64,000 nt of DNA, taken from a virus. The position numbers and the translations under genes were made by a program. This document shows, piece after piece, positions 48,172 to 57,342 of the stretch (position 1 is the first letter of the stretch; each line of letters opens with the position of its first letter). Location: the IMG/VR virus record IMGVR_UViG_3300015370_000011, positions 57,017 to 121,016 of that record; one strand, 5' to 3'. Under the pieces are notes generated by a model. The model was not told where the DNA came from and did no database searches. It saw only the letters and a program-made list of their open reading frames with translations.

Positions 48172-50304
48172 ATGCCTGTTCCACTACCGGCCGCGTACAT
48201 AGATTCTATACGGTTAATCAAAAACGAGACAACTGTAGTTAGAGGAAACGTTGTTTCTGATTGTATTGGTGATGATGTTACCGCATTCAAATTACATAAC
48301 TGTAAAAATCTCGTATGTAAAGACAATAAGGCGCTTAGGATAAAGTCTAAAACGAAAACAAGTATTGGGTTTCATATATATGACTGTACTAATGTATTAG
48401 TTTTGTATTGCCCCGTGAGCCGAGCAAATACTGGGTTTTCCCTATCAGACATAGATATACTGAATGTATACAATATTACAGCACATAACGCTAGACGCGG
48501 TGTATCGATCTCATGCGACGGTACATTTAGAAATGTAGCGCTATCTAATTATGAAGATCATACCTACTATAAACTGGGTACTGGTTTCTTTGTTGGTGGT
48601 GGGACTGTAGATGTAGATTATCTTATGCATTTTGGATTAGAATCCTTAGTTGAAAGCGGCACAATTCTAGAAGGAAGTAATATCACAGAAAATCAAATTT
48701 TGTACTTGGATGAACCAAACGATGATTTGACTCCTGATTATGTATCATTGTTGAATAACGCGGGAACAGAAAACCCACTTCATAATGACTCCCCAGATAT
48801 TGGGGGGGTTGAGAGTACAATTACTGATGAAATTACAGCGGACCCCAAGTATCTATACAATATCATAGACAATTCCTTTTGGGATATAGATAACGATAAG
48901 GCAGCAGAAATATCGTATATAAAGGCATTCCAAAGCAGAAGTGCCGCATCAAATGAAGCATTCCAGCGGCAGGTGTTGAGAGATTTGCACTTAAAAACAG
49001 CTTCATCGGTTGAGCGGTTTGCTGAACTATTTCCTATAAACGCTAGATATGCCAACAAAAACAGAACAAAGAAAAGGGTTATGGATGTCTGGTACGCTAC
49101 ACAAAACCCTGCTACGGTGTCTGCATATGTATCATCCATAGGTGCATATAACTTCTTCCCAAGTTTCCTGAAGAGGATGGAAGATTACGCGGATGGTTGG
49201 ATTATTGGGCATTCCTATGTAGGATATGATAATTGGCTTTGCAGCTATTCTGGATTGAAATATGGAATATATATAGATGTGCTCGGTACATCGACAATGA
49301 ACAAAGCTACATCAGGCGAGTGCTACAACAACACGATGAATTGTGTTGCGGACGCTGCCCCTGTTCGGTGGTTTTTACACGAAGAGGTTGAGCCGCCTGG
49401 ATATTATATGTTTACAGATAGATACCACGGATTCGAGAATTGTAGTTTGACTAATATGATATATAATGATGATTTTAATATACAAATAGACCAAATAGCA
49501 CAAGACGGCAGCATAATAACACCATTAATCCCAACCGCTGCCGCTGCGGCTTCTGGAGTTTCTACAGAAAACCATGCGCCGTCTGGAAATGTAGAAATTT
49601 CGTTACTTGATCGTGTGTACAGTGAGAGTGTTGACAGAAACGTGTATTATAGACAGGGGGACTCGTCCAGTACACTGAGTCCGTGGATAAGCGTGTTGCA
49701 TCCAATAGGTGGTAACTTTAGTTTAACTTCTAAGTACGCACAGTTTAGAATAGACGTATCCGGTGTTCTTAGACAGATAGATTATGAGTTTATCGGTTTA
49801 TGTCTAAGACCCTTTTATAGGGCAAGAGATTTCGCGTTGCCTATCGTGGATGTGGATGCTACCACAATATATATGGAATTTGAGCCCGGCGCAGCAACCG
49901 GGGATGCGATTAGTCCACCAGATTGGGATTCTTTCGTTGTAAAATTCGCGGATGATGGTGTTCGACATTCTTGTGGATGGGTAGTTCCGATACCACAATA
50001 TTATATTGACAGAGCAGTTAAAGTTCTACGGATCATTTTTACTACTGACCTAGCTATGGCTGGAAACGCAATCGTGAGGGCGCGGTTTAGTAGTGTTGCA
50101 AGTGGTGCAATACTAAATCCGCTTGTTGAAATAAATAGTAGTGTGATAGTACAGAATGCGCAGGCTTCGTATGTAGACATTAATATTAGTCCTGTAATTA
50201 CTAATACGAGTGAGTGGTTTATATTGGAGATAAGCCGCGATTCGTCAGATCCAGGAGATTCTTTGGCGGCTGATCTGACGTTCTTAAACGGTCGAACACT
50301 GTAA
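48172..50304 (+). CDS. Multi-domain baseplate protein (beta-helix, gpI/gp48-like wedge segment, C-terminal beta domain)
   Basis: Beta-helix-like repeats, PDIGG.E cap, helical middle, KYAQFRI; C-terminal domain duplicated in the next gene. Confidence 0.55.
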   Translation: MPVPLPAAYIDSIRLIKNETTVVRGNVVSDCIGDDVTAFKLHNCKNLVCKDNKALRIKSKTKTSIGFHIYDCTNVLVLYCPVSRANTGFSLSDIDILNVYNITAHNARRGVSISCDGTFRNVALSNYEDHTYYKLGTGFFVGGGTVDVDYLMHFGLESLVESGTILEGSNITENQILYLDEPNDDLTPDYVSLLNNAGTENPLHNDSPDIGGVESTITDEITADPKYLYNIIDNSFWDIDNDKAAEISYIKAFQSRSAASNEAFQRQVLRDLHLKTASSVERFAELFPINARYANKNRTKKRVMDVWYATQNPATVSAYVSSIGAYNFFPSFLKRMEDYADGWIIGHSYVGYDNWLCSYSGLKYGIYIDVLGTSTMNKATSGECYNNTMNCVADAAPVRWFLHEEVEPPGYYMFTDRYHGFENCSLTNMIYNDDFNIQIDQIAQDGSIITPLIPTAAAAASGVSTENHAPSGNVEISLLDRVYSESVDRNVYYRQGDSSSTLSPWISVLHPIGGNFSLTSKYAQFRIDVSGVLRQIDYEFIGLCLRPFYRARDFALPIVDVDATTIYMEFEPGAATGDAISPPDWDSFVVKFADDGVRHSCGWVVPIPQYYIDRAVKVLRIIFTTDLAMAGNAIVRARFSSVASGAILNPLVEINSSVIVQNAQASYVDINISPVITNTSEWFILEISRDSSDPGDSLAADLTFLNGRTL

Positions 50305-50313
50305 GGGGTACTT

Positions 50314-50760
50314 ATGGCATTTTTAGAATTTGTTGCTGGGGCTGCCGCTAAAGATGATGTCAGCGGACCTACCGAAGATAATTTTGGATTGGTATTTGCG
50401 GCAGACGGTATTGATAGATCATGCGGGTGGACGATATACGCCCCGCCTGAAATACGAGTTCAAAACCCCTTGATTCTTAGGATGTGTTTATTTGATTCCG
50501 GATTGGGGGCAGGAGTTGTCAGATTTGGATATACGTACTATGCAGCGCAGGATAGTGGCGCTCCGATCCTAACTGGCGCAGGGGATATCCTTATTACTAT
50601 ACCAGGTATAGCGAATACCGTAATTTACGAAGATGTTTCAATTTTTGGATGGTTAAATATAAATACTACGTTACTTTTGCTTAGAATAAACAGGGATTCA
50701 ACACATCCCTTGGATACATATGCGAGCAGTGCATCTTACTTTTCTGGACGTACCCTATAG
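50314..50760 (+). CDS. Structural protein, paralogue of the C-terminal domain of 48172-50304
   Basis: Shared EF..GAA..D, FA.DG..RSCGW or RHSCGW, RDS..P.D, F.GRTL terminus. Confidence 0.65.
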   Translation: MAFLEFVAGAAAKDDVSGPTEDNFGLVFAADGIDRSCGWTIYAPPEIRVQNPLILRMCLFDSGLGAGVVRFGYTYYAAQDSGAPILTGAGDILITIPGIANTVIYEDVSIFGWLNINTTLLLLRINRDSTHPLDTYASSASYFSGRTL

Positions 50761-50769
50761 GAGAAACCA

Positions 50770-53427
50770 ATGCAACGAACAGAATACTTTAATGAAACTA
50801 GACCTACAGATACTCAACTAAATTACACAGAGGATTCCAAGATTAGTTCTACTATTCGGCGGTTGAAATCGTTAGCTCAAATGGGTATCGTAGAAGGATT
50901 TAGAATAACTGTAAATGGGTTAGATAACACGAAGGTTGACATTGGTGCGGGAGAAGGATATACAGGTGGAACCTACCTAGTCAACACATTTGAAGGATCT
51001 GGATCCGCAGAGAGAATATCCACTACTACTGATACTGTTTCTGGTGTCGTATCTGTTGGTAATATTATACAGAACCAGGCCCTCGCAGATTATACCCTGA
51101 ATTCCAAAAATTACATTTCCTTGGTTTATCAGGAAACGACTTCTCACCCTCTAGCCGAAAGATCGTTTCCATTTACAGCGCACGATACTGTTATAACTGA
51201 ATCATATTCCGTATCAGTTTTACCAGAAGCAGATTGGAACGGACTAAGCGCCGCACAGTTGAATAGCAGATTTCTAGTTGGGATTGTTACTGCAAATGGC
51301 GCTGGAGCGGCACTTACAACAGCGAGTATAGATCAATTTGTTCAACCTAGAACACACCCTACTGCGTCTAACCCATCAAACATTACTGGAGTAACTGTAG
51401 TTGGCCTTTCTCAGGAAACACTTCTTGGAAATGGAACGTTGCGATATGATCCAACTTCTAATTCATTGTATTGGACCGCACCTTCAGACGCAGAAGGTGG
51501 AGCAGTATCTATTGGAAGTAATGGCACATACATACTATACTCAAATGATGTAACGTATTGGATCAGGTTAGAAGTTGTTCTTGCTGCGCTCCCTGGGGCA
51601 GCACAAACGGATACTATTCAAATACGATCTTTGTACGGTAGAACCATTCCTATGTTCTGTGCTAAAGATACAGCACATAGAGATATGGTTGGGTCTGGTA
51701 CGCCCACTGTAAAAAACCCACATGCAACTACCTTGGATGATATTGAGGGTGGAACATTTGATCATGCAGATTATTTTCACCTAAATGGTATATCTAAGGA
51801 TGCTGATCCTACAGTATTGGAATGTGTTCCTGACGGTTTCGGTGAACGAATTCTGATAAATAACCCCGGTGGAACGCATGATAAATTTTTGCTCGATGGA
51901 TTAACGTACAATGTAATCACGGGGGTTGCCGCACCGACACCTGGGGAAGTAAACTTCAATGTTGTCCCGCTGCCTCCTACTGGCCGATATCTAATCTATT
52001 TGGATTCTTCTGCTACTCCACAACGTGTACAAATCGGAGAAGCCCTGTGGGATGCTAATATTCGAGTAGTTGATATTCATACGGCCGCCGGGGGAAACGC
52101 TACAATTGCGTGGGATGATGCCATAAGTACTTTGACATTTGCAGCACCCGGCGATATTGCAGGGAATCCTGTATATGTAATGTACAGTGGTCTCTTCTTG
52201 GGAATGCCTACAGGATACTACAAAGTATACTCAGATAATGGAACAGATTGGGTAATTGTACATACAAATGGGTTGCTTGGCGTAACAAACTCTACAACGT
52301 TCTCTGTAACGAAGAATGAGACTAATTATCCAGATGAAACTATACTTAAGTTGTCTTCTGTACAGTGGGACTCTGGTACAGGAGCATTAACAGATTTGTA
52401 TGATATCCGTAGATTTGTTACCGCAGACAACAGAAATGAAACAGAAGAAGAACATGATGTCTATGGTCGGCATACAAACGTTATACAAAGTAGACTTAGG
52501 GTAGCACAAGAAACCGTCGCGATATACGCTATTGCAGAATCCAATACAGCGGTATGGGCATATGCAAGAGAGAATGAAGGTGGTCGTTTTGGTGCTGGAA
52601 CCGCAACAGGTGTATTCGGATTTGCAGCAACTACGGGTGTGTACGGATCTGCTGCAACGTTGGGGGTATTTGGAAAAGCGGCTGCCGCTACAGGCGTATA
52701 CGGATCTGCTGCGGTGAATACTGGCGGTATGTTCTATGCTGGTGCTGATTATGGTGTCTGGGCGCGTGCCATAGATGCTACTGCTGTTTACGCAACGGCT
52801 GCATCAGAAGGTGTATATGTAAAAGTAGCCGGTGCTACTGCGGGATATTTTAGTGCGGGAGGAAATACAGCACTTCAGGTTATAGCGGTTGGAGATACGG
52901 GCGGTCGTTTCGAGGCACCCAATTATGCCGTGTGGGGATCCGCAGCCACTTCTTTTGGTGTGCGCGGGCTTGCTGCTAATCTTGCTGGGTATTTTCAAGC
53001 GGTTGGTGATAATGGGGCAGCAGATATTATTGGTGTTTATGGCCAAGCTGCCAACGCTGGCGCGCCCGCAAGGGCTCTAGGTGTGCATGGATACGTCGCA
53101 GGTGCAGGAGCTACTGGTGTTTATGGTCAGGCAGTTGGAGCGGCAGGTTTTGGTATGGTTGGTAGTGCGTCCGTCGTTGGTGTGCGTGGGGTAGGAGGAG
53201 CAGGTACCGGTGTTCAGGGCACTGGTAGTAGTATAGGAGTAGCGGGGCATGCTAACGCAGCTAATGGTACGGGTGTATATGCAGAGGGGGTAGGCGGCGA
53301 TGCTGCGTTGGCCGGTAATGGTTTTTTGGAGTGGGCATACCCCGCTGGGGCTGCGCACCCTAACTCAGTAGAAGAATGGGTTATTTTATTTAATGGCTCT
53401 ACTAGATATATTCATTTATATACATAA
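50770..53427 (+). CDS. Tail fibre protein
   Basis: N-terminal anchor GIVEGF......VDI.AGEGY, NPHATTLDDI, long C-terminal GV(Y/F)G repeat solenoid. Confidence 0.78.
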   Translation: MQRTEYFNETRPTDTQLNYTEDSKISSTIRRLKSLAQMGIVEGFRITVNGLDNTKVDIGAGEGYTGGTYLVNTFEGSGSAERISTTTDTVSGVVSVGNIIQNQALADYTLNSKNYISLVYQETTSHPLAERSFPFTAHDTVITESYSVSVLPEADWNGLSAAQLNSRFLVGIVTANGAGAALTTASIDQFVQPRTHPTASNPSNITGVTVVGLSQETLLGNGTLRYDPTSNSLYWTAPSDAEGGAVSIGSNGTYILYSNDVTYWIRLEVVLAALPGAAQTDTIQIRSLYGRTIPMFCAKDTAHRDMVGSGTPTVKNPHATTLDDIEGGTFDHADYFHLNGISKDADPTVLECVPDGFGERILINNPGGTHDKFLLDGLTYNVITGVAAPTPGEVNFNVVPLPPTGRYLIYLDSSATPQRVQIGEALWDANIRVVDIHTAAGGNATIAWDDAISTLTFAAPGDIAGNPVYVMYSGLFLGMPTGYYKVYSDNGTDWVIVHTNGLLGVTNSTTFSVTKNETNYPDETILKLSSVQWDSGTGALTDLYDIRRFVTADNRNETEEEHDVYGRHTNVIQSRLRVAQETVAIYAIAESNTAVWAYARENEGGRFGAGTATGVFGFAATTGVYGSAATLGVFGKAAAATGVYGSAAVNTGGMFYAGADYGVWARAIDATAVYATAASEGVYVKVAGATAGYFSAGGNTALQVIAVGDTGGRFEAPNYAVWGSAATSFGVRGLAANLAGYFQAVGDNGAADIIGVYGQAANAGAPARALGVHGYVAGAGATGVYGQAVGAAGFGMVGSASVVGVRGVGGAGTGVQGTGSSIGVAGHANAANGTGVYAEGVGGDAALAGNGFLEWAYPAGAAHPNSVEEWVILFNGSTRYIHLYT
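52520..53320 (+). repeat. Gly/Ala-rich GV(Y/F)G repeats of about 9-11 aa in the tail fibre
   Basis: ATGVFGFAATTGVYGSAATLGVFGKAAAATGVYGSAA... Confidence 0.8.
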
Positions 53428-53667
53428 TTAGGTACATTCGAACCAAATCCAACCCCCACCAACGCGCTGTCTGCAGGTGTCGTAGCATACAGTACATATG
53501 TCTTTTTGATATAAACTTTGACACGTTGTTGATTCTAGTGTATAACATGTCATCTCTCGGCAAATTTCAATTCCATCCGAACCGGTACTACATACGATTT
53601 GTTCTGGTTCTGCCCCGCACCCGACCACGATCAGAATTGAAAGCAACAGTGCAAAAATTGTTTTCAT
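53428..53667 (-). CDS. Cys-rich lipoprotein
   Basis: Lipobox-like VVG-C after a hydrophobic signal; 8 further Cys. Confidence 0.7.
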   Translation of the reverse strand: MKTIFALLLSILIVVGCGAEPEQIVCSTGSDGIEICREMTCYTLESTTCQSLYQKDICTVCYDTCRQRVGGGWIWFECT

Positions 53668-53691
53668 GACATTTTCCTTTCACAATATGAC

Positions 53692-53880
53692 CTAGTTTAC
53701 CAACCCCAGAACTTCTCGAATCCTTTTCCACATTGGATGTTCAAGTTGAGCGATTATCACATCCTCCTTTGCTGACAAATTGTATTGCGTCCTTAATACG
53801 ATTCTAATGTTGGTGATCTCATCGTGTATCGCGTTGTACAGTTCTTGCTGCTTTTTCTTGCTAATCCTCATGGAAGTCAC
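53692..53880 (-). CDS. Small hypothetical protein
   Basis: 62 aa, GGGAG RBS, in the - strand cluster. Confidence 0.5.
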   Translation of the reverse strand: MTSMRISKKKQQELYNAIHDEITNIRIVLRTQYNLSAKEDVIIAQLEHPMWKRIREVLGLVN

Positions 53881-53917
53881 TCCCTATCCACATTTATACC
53901 TGATTTACACTTCCTTG

Positions 53918-54781
53918 TCAAGCTTTTTCTTTCAATGCGTTGACAAGCCTTGCCTTGAATAACGTCATGGTTTTCTTGCTGATTGCTTTTCTGACTTCCT
54001 TAGAAGAGATGATTTCACCCGCAGCCTCTCGTTCTACATCCCCAACCACGGCAGTAAGGACATCCTTTGTTCGATCAATCCCGCATTCTCCAAGTTTATC
54101 GAGCACATGCGACAAACGCATCTCAGTGACCCACTCGTCAGCGATGGTATTTGCCTCTGTCAAAATCTGCAATTGTGCTGGATCTAGTACCTTTTGCGGT
54201 GTTTTTCTCTCAGAAAATTTTTCGTTTTTGTGCTTGGCAATGATTCTGTCCCCATTATTTTTTCTGACTTCTATGGGGGGACGCGGGACAACGCCCTCAC
54301 GCGGCTTGTCCGGCCCGCAGCCGCATTTTATCCCCTGTACCGATGGGCGATCTCGCTCAAAATCTAAGCGTTCTAATGAAGTCGGTACTAATACCCAGTC
54401 TACTACGTCCAAGTTGAATGTTTTTGCAATGGCTGTCATGTCCGGTACAGAAAGCCAATGATTTTCGATTTTTATGTCAAAGACTACAAAACGTAGTTCT
54501 TTTCCGTAAGTGTGCGACATACCTTGTACTTTACCTCCGTAGCTTTCTCCAAAAATAACGCATTCCGAGAGTCCCAATTCGGTAAACGTTTTTGTAAGAA
54601 AGTCCTGGTCAAATAAGGCTACGAAAGTCTCGTGTTTAGAACCACCAGAAAAGAAAGACAATTCTCCGTTTTTCCAGGAAATGTGCGCGGACGTGCCATC
54701 GATCTTCTCAAGCGCGTAACACTCCTTAAATAAAAGGATAGCTTGTTCTTTGTACAGGTTAGAAATCGAAAGATAAGCCAT
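53918..54781 (-). CDS. ATP-dependent RNA ligase, Rnl2-like
   Basis: Motif I EKIDGT, III FGESYG, IIIa FVVFDI, IV REGVV, V IAKHKNEKFSE; C-domain WVTEMRL.HV.DK. Confidence 0.88.
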   Translation of the reverse strand: MAYLSISNLYKEQAILLFKECYALEKIDGTSAHISWKNGELSFFSGGSKHETFVALFDQDFLTKTFTELGLSECVIFGESYGGKVQGMSHTYGKELRFVVFDIKIENHWLSVPDMTAIAKTFNLDVVDWVLVPTSLERLDFERDRPSVQGIKCGCGPDKPREGVVPRPPIEVRKNNGDRIIAKHKNEKFSERKTPQKVLDPAQLQILTEANTIADEWVTEMRLSHVLDKLGECGIDRTKDVLTAVVGDVEREAAGEIISSKEVRKAISKKTMTLFKARLVNALKEKA

Positions 54782-54802
54782 TTGTGGGCTCCTTATTAAG
54801 GA

Positions 54803-55411
54803 TTATTTTTTGATCCGTTTGTCTAAGCTAATTCGATCAGTTACACACAGTCGAATATCAGCAGCGGGTTCCTCTTCTGGTGTGCAGGGGCTATACACGC
54901 GGCTAGTAGCAATTTTAGAAGCCACCCACCGCCGGACTTCCACATCTGGTTCCTCAACTTGTGTGGGTAGATGATCTAACCGATCAGCAGGTATACGGCA
55001 AGCTACACGTTGTCGGACACGTGCATTCGGTTCCTCATCCGGTGTGGGTAGATGATCTAGCCGATCAGTGGGGATTTGATAGGCTACCCGCCACCGCACA
55101 TCCGCATCTGGTTCCTCCTCCGGCGTGAGAATACGGGTGATTTCCCGGATCACCCGGATACCTTGGGCTTTTGTCTTATTATGCTGTATCCGGACGGTCT
55201 CCCCCACAGGTTCGACCTCGATCAGGCGTCTACTATTGGTAGACTCTGGCATGTAATCGCTCAGCTCTTCTGCGTAGTGGATACCGCCGCCACAGACAGG
55301 CCCGGGATCCCAGTCTGGAGCCATTGTCACCTGCCCCACGGCGTAAATCACGTCCTTACGGGCCTTTTCGTGTACGCCAGTCCACTCTGCCGAGACTAAT
55401 TTTAGGTTCAT
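54803..55411 (-). CDS. DUF7666-like N-terminal domain plus four 27-aa HEAT/LRV-like repeats (copy 1)
   Basis: YAVG.......D....CGGGIHY..., RLIEVE, K.K....RVIREI; repeats TPEEEPDADVRWRVAYQIPTDRLDHLP. Start set by alignment with copy 2. Confidence 0.75.
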   Translation of the reverse strand: MNLKLVSAEWTGVHEKARKDVIYAVGQVTMAPDWDPGPVCGGGIHYAEELSDYMPESTNSRRLIEVEPVGETVRIQHNKTKAQGIRVIREITRILTPEEEPDADVRWRVAYQIPTDRLDHLPTPDEEPNARVRQRVACRIPADRLDHLPTQVEEPDVEVRRWVASKIATSRVYSPCTPEEEPAADIRLCVTDRISLDKRIKK

Positions 55412-55429
55412 AGTCTTTCTCCCTAAGAT

Positions 55430-55481
55430 AAGATATACCCGGTTTTTACCGTTTGTCAAGGGAAATGTTTTGCAGTATAAT
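55430..55481. promoter_or_regulatory. Overlapping divergent promoters sharing one -35 region
   Basis: + strand TTGTCA(55453)-17-TATAAT(55476); - strand TTGACA(55459)-16-TATATC, or TATCTT at 18. Confidence 0.6.
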
Positions 55482-55501
55482 AGATAAACAGGAGGTATTC
55501 A

Positions 55502-56488
55502 ATGAACGAAGAACAATCCATTATTCTAGTCGTTCAAGGTGGGGCTGGAGACGTTTTAGCTGCCACCCCAATGATACGCGGTTTTAGAACTACTTACCCA
55601 GATGATGAAATAGTTGTGCTCTCAACACACGAATATATGCTAAAAAATAATAAAAACATAGACCGGCTTTTGTCTTTCAATAGTAAAGATGATATTCAAG
55701 TTCTGTATAATCAGTTTGTGCATGAGAACAATAAAATACGCTTTTTCAAGCACCACTTCCCATATGACTCTTTCTTGGATACACCAAGACTAGAAGCAAA
55801 CACACTACCTGAATTCATTTGCCATTTATACAATATTGGGTATGACAGAAAGCCACTAGAATACACCATTACCCCGTATGAAACAGCGGGTGCAATAGCT
55901 TTTATGCAGCAGTTCCAAAAGCCTGTAATTATTCTGCACCTGACAGGTATTCTACCAATGAAAAGCTTAGATTCGGGCATTATGGCACCTATCGTGGATA
56001 GATTAAAAGAAAAATATGATTTTGTACAGATAGGATCCAGGGAAGAGGCAGATAGGGGCTTGGTAGTACCTGGAGTGCATAACGCATTGGGTATGCCCAT
56101 ACGGGATACTATTAGTATACTGCCTTATTCTCGGCAGTGTATTTTAATCGAATCAGTATTTGCACACGTATCAAACGCTCTCGGACTTAAATCCATAGTG
56201 ATATTCAAATCTACGTCTCCGGAATTTTTTGGGTATAGCAATCATCTAAACGTGTGGGATTCGAACGGGTGTAAAGAGTGGCCTTGCGATAGACCAATTG
56301 GACCATTGAATAAATTTTTGCCTGCTTATCTGGATTTAGCTACAGGGCAACCATTACCTTGGATGTGCCCGGATCCTAAATGCTCTAAGATCAGTACAGA
56401 GTTATTAGAAAAGACGCTTATGGGGGCCTTGGAGGAGCACGAGAAAACTGGGCCGTTTAATAGTGTCCAGGAAGCGATGGAAGCCTAG
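55502..56488 (+). CDS. Glycosyltransferase family 9 (heptosyltransferase-like)
   Basis: GGAGDVLAATPMIR.FR..YP, NKNID, FVQIG, IESVFAHVSNALG.KSIVIF..TSP..FGY. Confidence 0.85.
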   Translation: MNEEQSIILVVQGGAGDVLAATPMIRGFRTTYPDDEIVVLSTHEYMLKNNKNIDRLLSFNSKDDIQVLYNQFVHENNKIRFFKHHFPYDSFLDTPRLEANTLPEFICHLYNIGYDRKPLEYTITPYETAGAIAFMQQFQKPVIILHLTGILPMKSLDSGIMAPIVDRLKEKYDFVQIGSREEADRGLVVPGVHNALGMPIRDTISILPYSRQCILIESVFAHVSNALGLKSIVIFKSTSPEFFGYSNHLNVWDSNGCKEWPCDRPIGPLNKFLPAYLDLATGQPLPWMCPDPKCSKISTELLEKTLMGALEEHEKTGPFNSVQEAMEA

Positions 56489-56495
56489 CACGGAT

Positions 56496-57032
56496 CTAGC
56501 GGTAGTATTCTTGCACGTAATTCCGACGATCTTTGTACGCGCAGATGGCGAGCATGCCGTGCAGTACCACTAAGAAGATTAGAACGTATTCGAGGTACAG
56601 CCACCTTACTTGCTTGATTTGGGAATATCCGTGCTTTACCACCCGGTTATGAATCCAAGCGTCTGTTCCGTTGTACTTGATGTTTGTCCAGGATTTGTGT
56701 ATTTTTGTGGCTGGTAACTGCTTCCCTTGCTGGATTCTTCCAACGATATTATTTCCCATTTCTGGGGAAGACCGTACATTTGCAACAGATACGGATACTT
56801 GAACAGCTTCTAGGTATTCAATCTTGACCGGGGCAAGCCATCGATCATACAGAAGCATCCCAGAGAGTAGCATGATGGAAATAGTCGTTAGATATCCAAG
56901 GAATAGGAGACTACCTTTTCTTGTGTTGTTCCTGATTAGTCCGTACAGGAACCAGTAGACCCCCACGACAATCATCAAGATTGCTACGAGGTCCCAAATG
57001 GTTCCTGCGTCTGTTTGTTGTTCTTGTTCCAT
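56496..57032 (-). CDS. Membrane protein with bacterial SH3 (SH3b) domain
   Basis: ANVRSSP....NIVG.I.QG........W..I.Y....AWI between two N-terminal and one C-terminal hydrophobic segments. Confidence 0.75.
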   Translation of the reverse strand: MEQEQQTDAGTIWDLVAILMIVVGVYWFLYGLIRNNTRKGSLLFLGYLTTISIMLLSGMLLYDRWLAPVKIEYLEAVQVSVSVANVRSSPEMGNNIVGRIQQGKQLPATKIHKSWTNIKYNGTDAWIHNRVVKHGYSQIKQVRWLYLEYVLIFLVVLHGMLAICAYKDRRNYVQEYYR

Positions 57033-57038
57033 GATGTA

Positions 57039-57067
57039 AGTGTAGCAGATGCGAGGTGGGATGTCAA
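57039..57067 (-). promoter_or_regulatory. Sigma70-type promoter with extended -10, leaderless arrangement
   Basis: TTGACA-17-TACACT with TGn; 6 nt between the -10 box and ATG 57032; no RBS. Confidence 0.65.
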
Positions 57068-57096
57068 GAGTAAATTTTCGTCTTTTTCGTCAGGTA

Positions 57097-57288
57097 TTAT
57101 GAATCAGCAGGTACGTATCGAAGTTTAAACAACTTGTTACGTATGTTATTGTGCCCCTTTTCACTCTTCAAGTAAAGATCGATCCTGTGTTCTACTTCCC
57201 AGCAATTGGTGCATTGTACAGCACCGGGAAACGCAGACGGATCGCCACAAGTTTTACATGGAACGGTATCTTGATTGGGCAGTTTCAC
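57097..57288 (-). CDS. Small Zn-finger protein
   Basis: CKTC...CTNC; AGGAG RBS. Confidence 0.55.
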   Translation of the reverse strand: MKLPNQDTVPCKTCGDPSAFPGAVQCTNCWEVEHRIDLYLKSEKGHNNIRNKLFKLRYVPADS

Positions 57289-57342
57289 TTTGGTTCTCCT
57301 TTTTGGTTAATGATTATACATCTCTTTTCTGTGGTTCAGATA

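Noticed and set aside
32059-53427. Bacterial extracellular contractile injection system or tailocin
   Set aside because: It is linked to terminase, portal, protease and capsid genes, so it is a phage tail.
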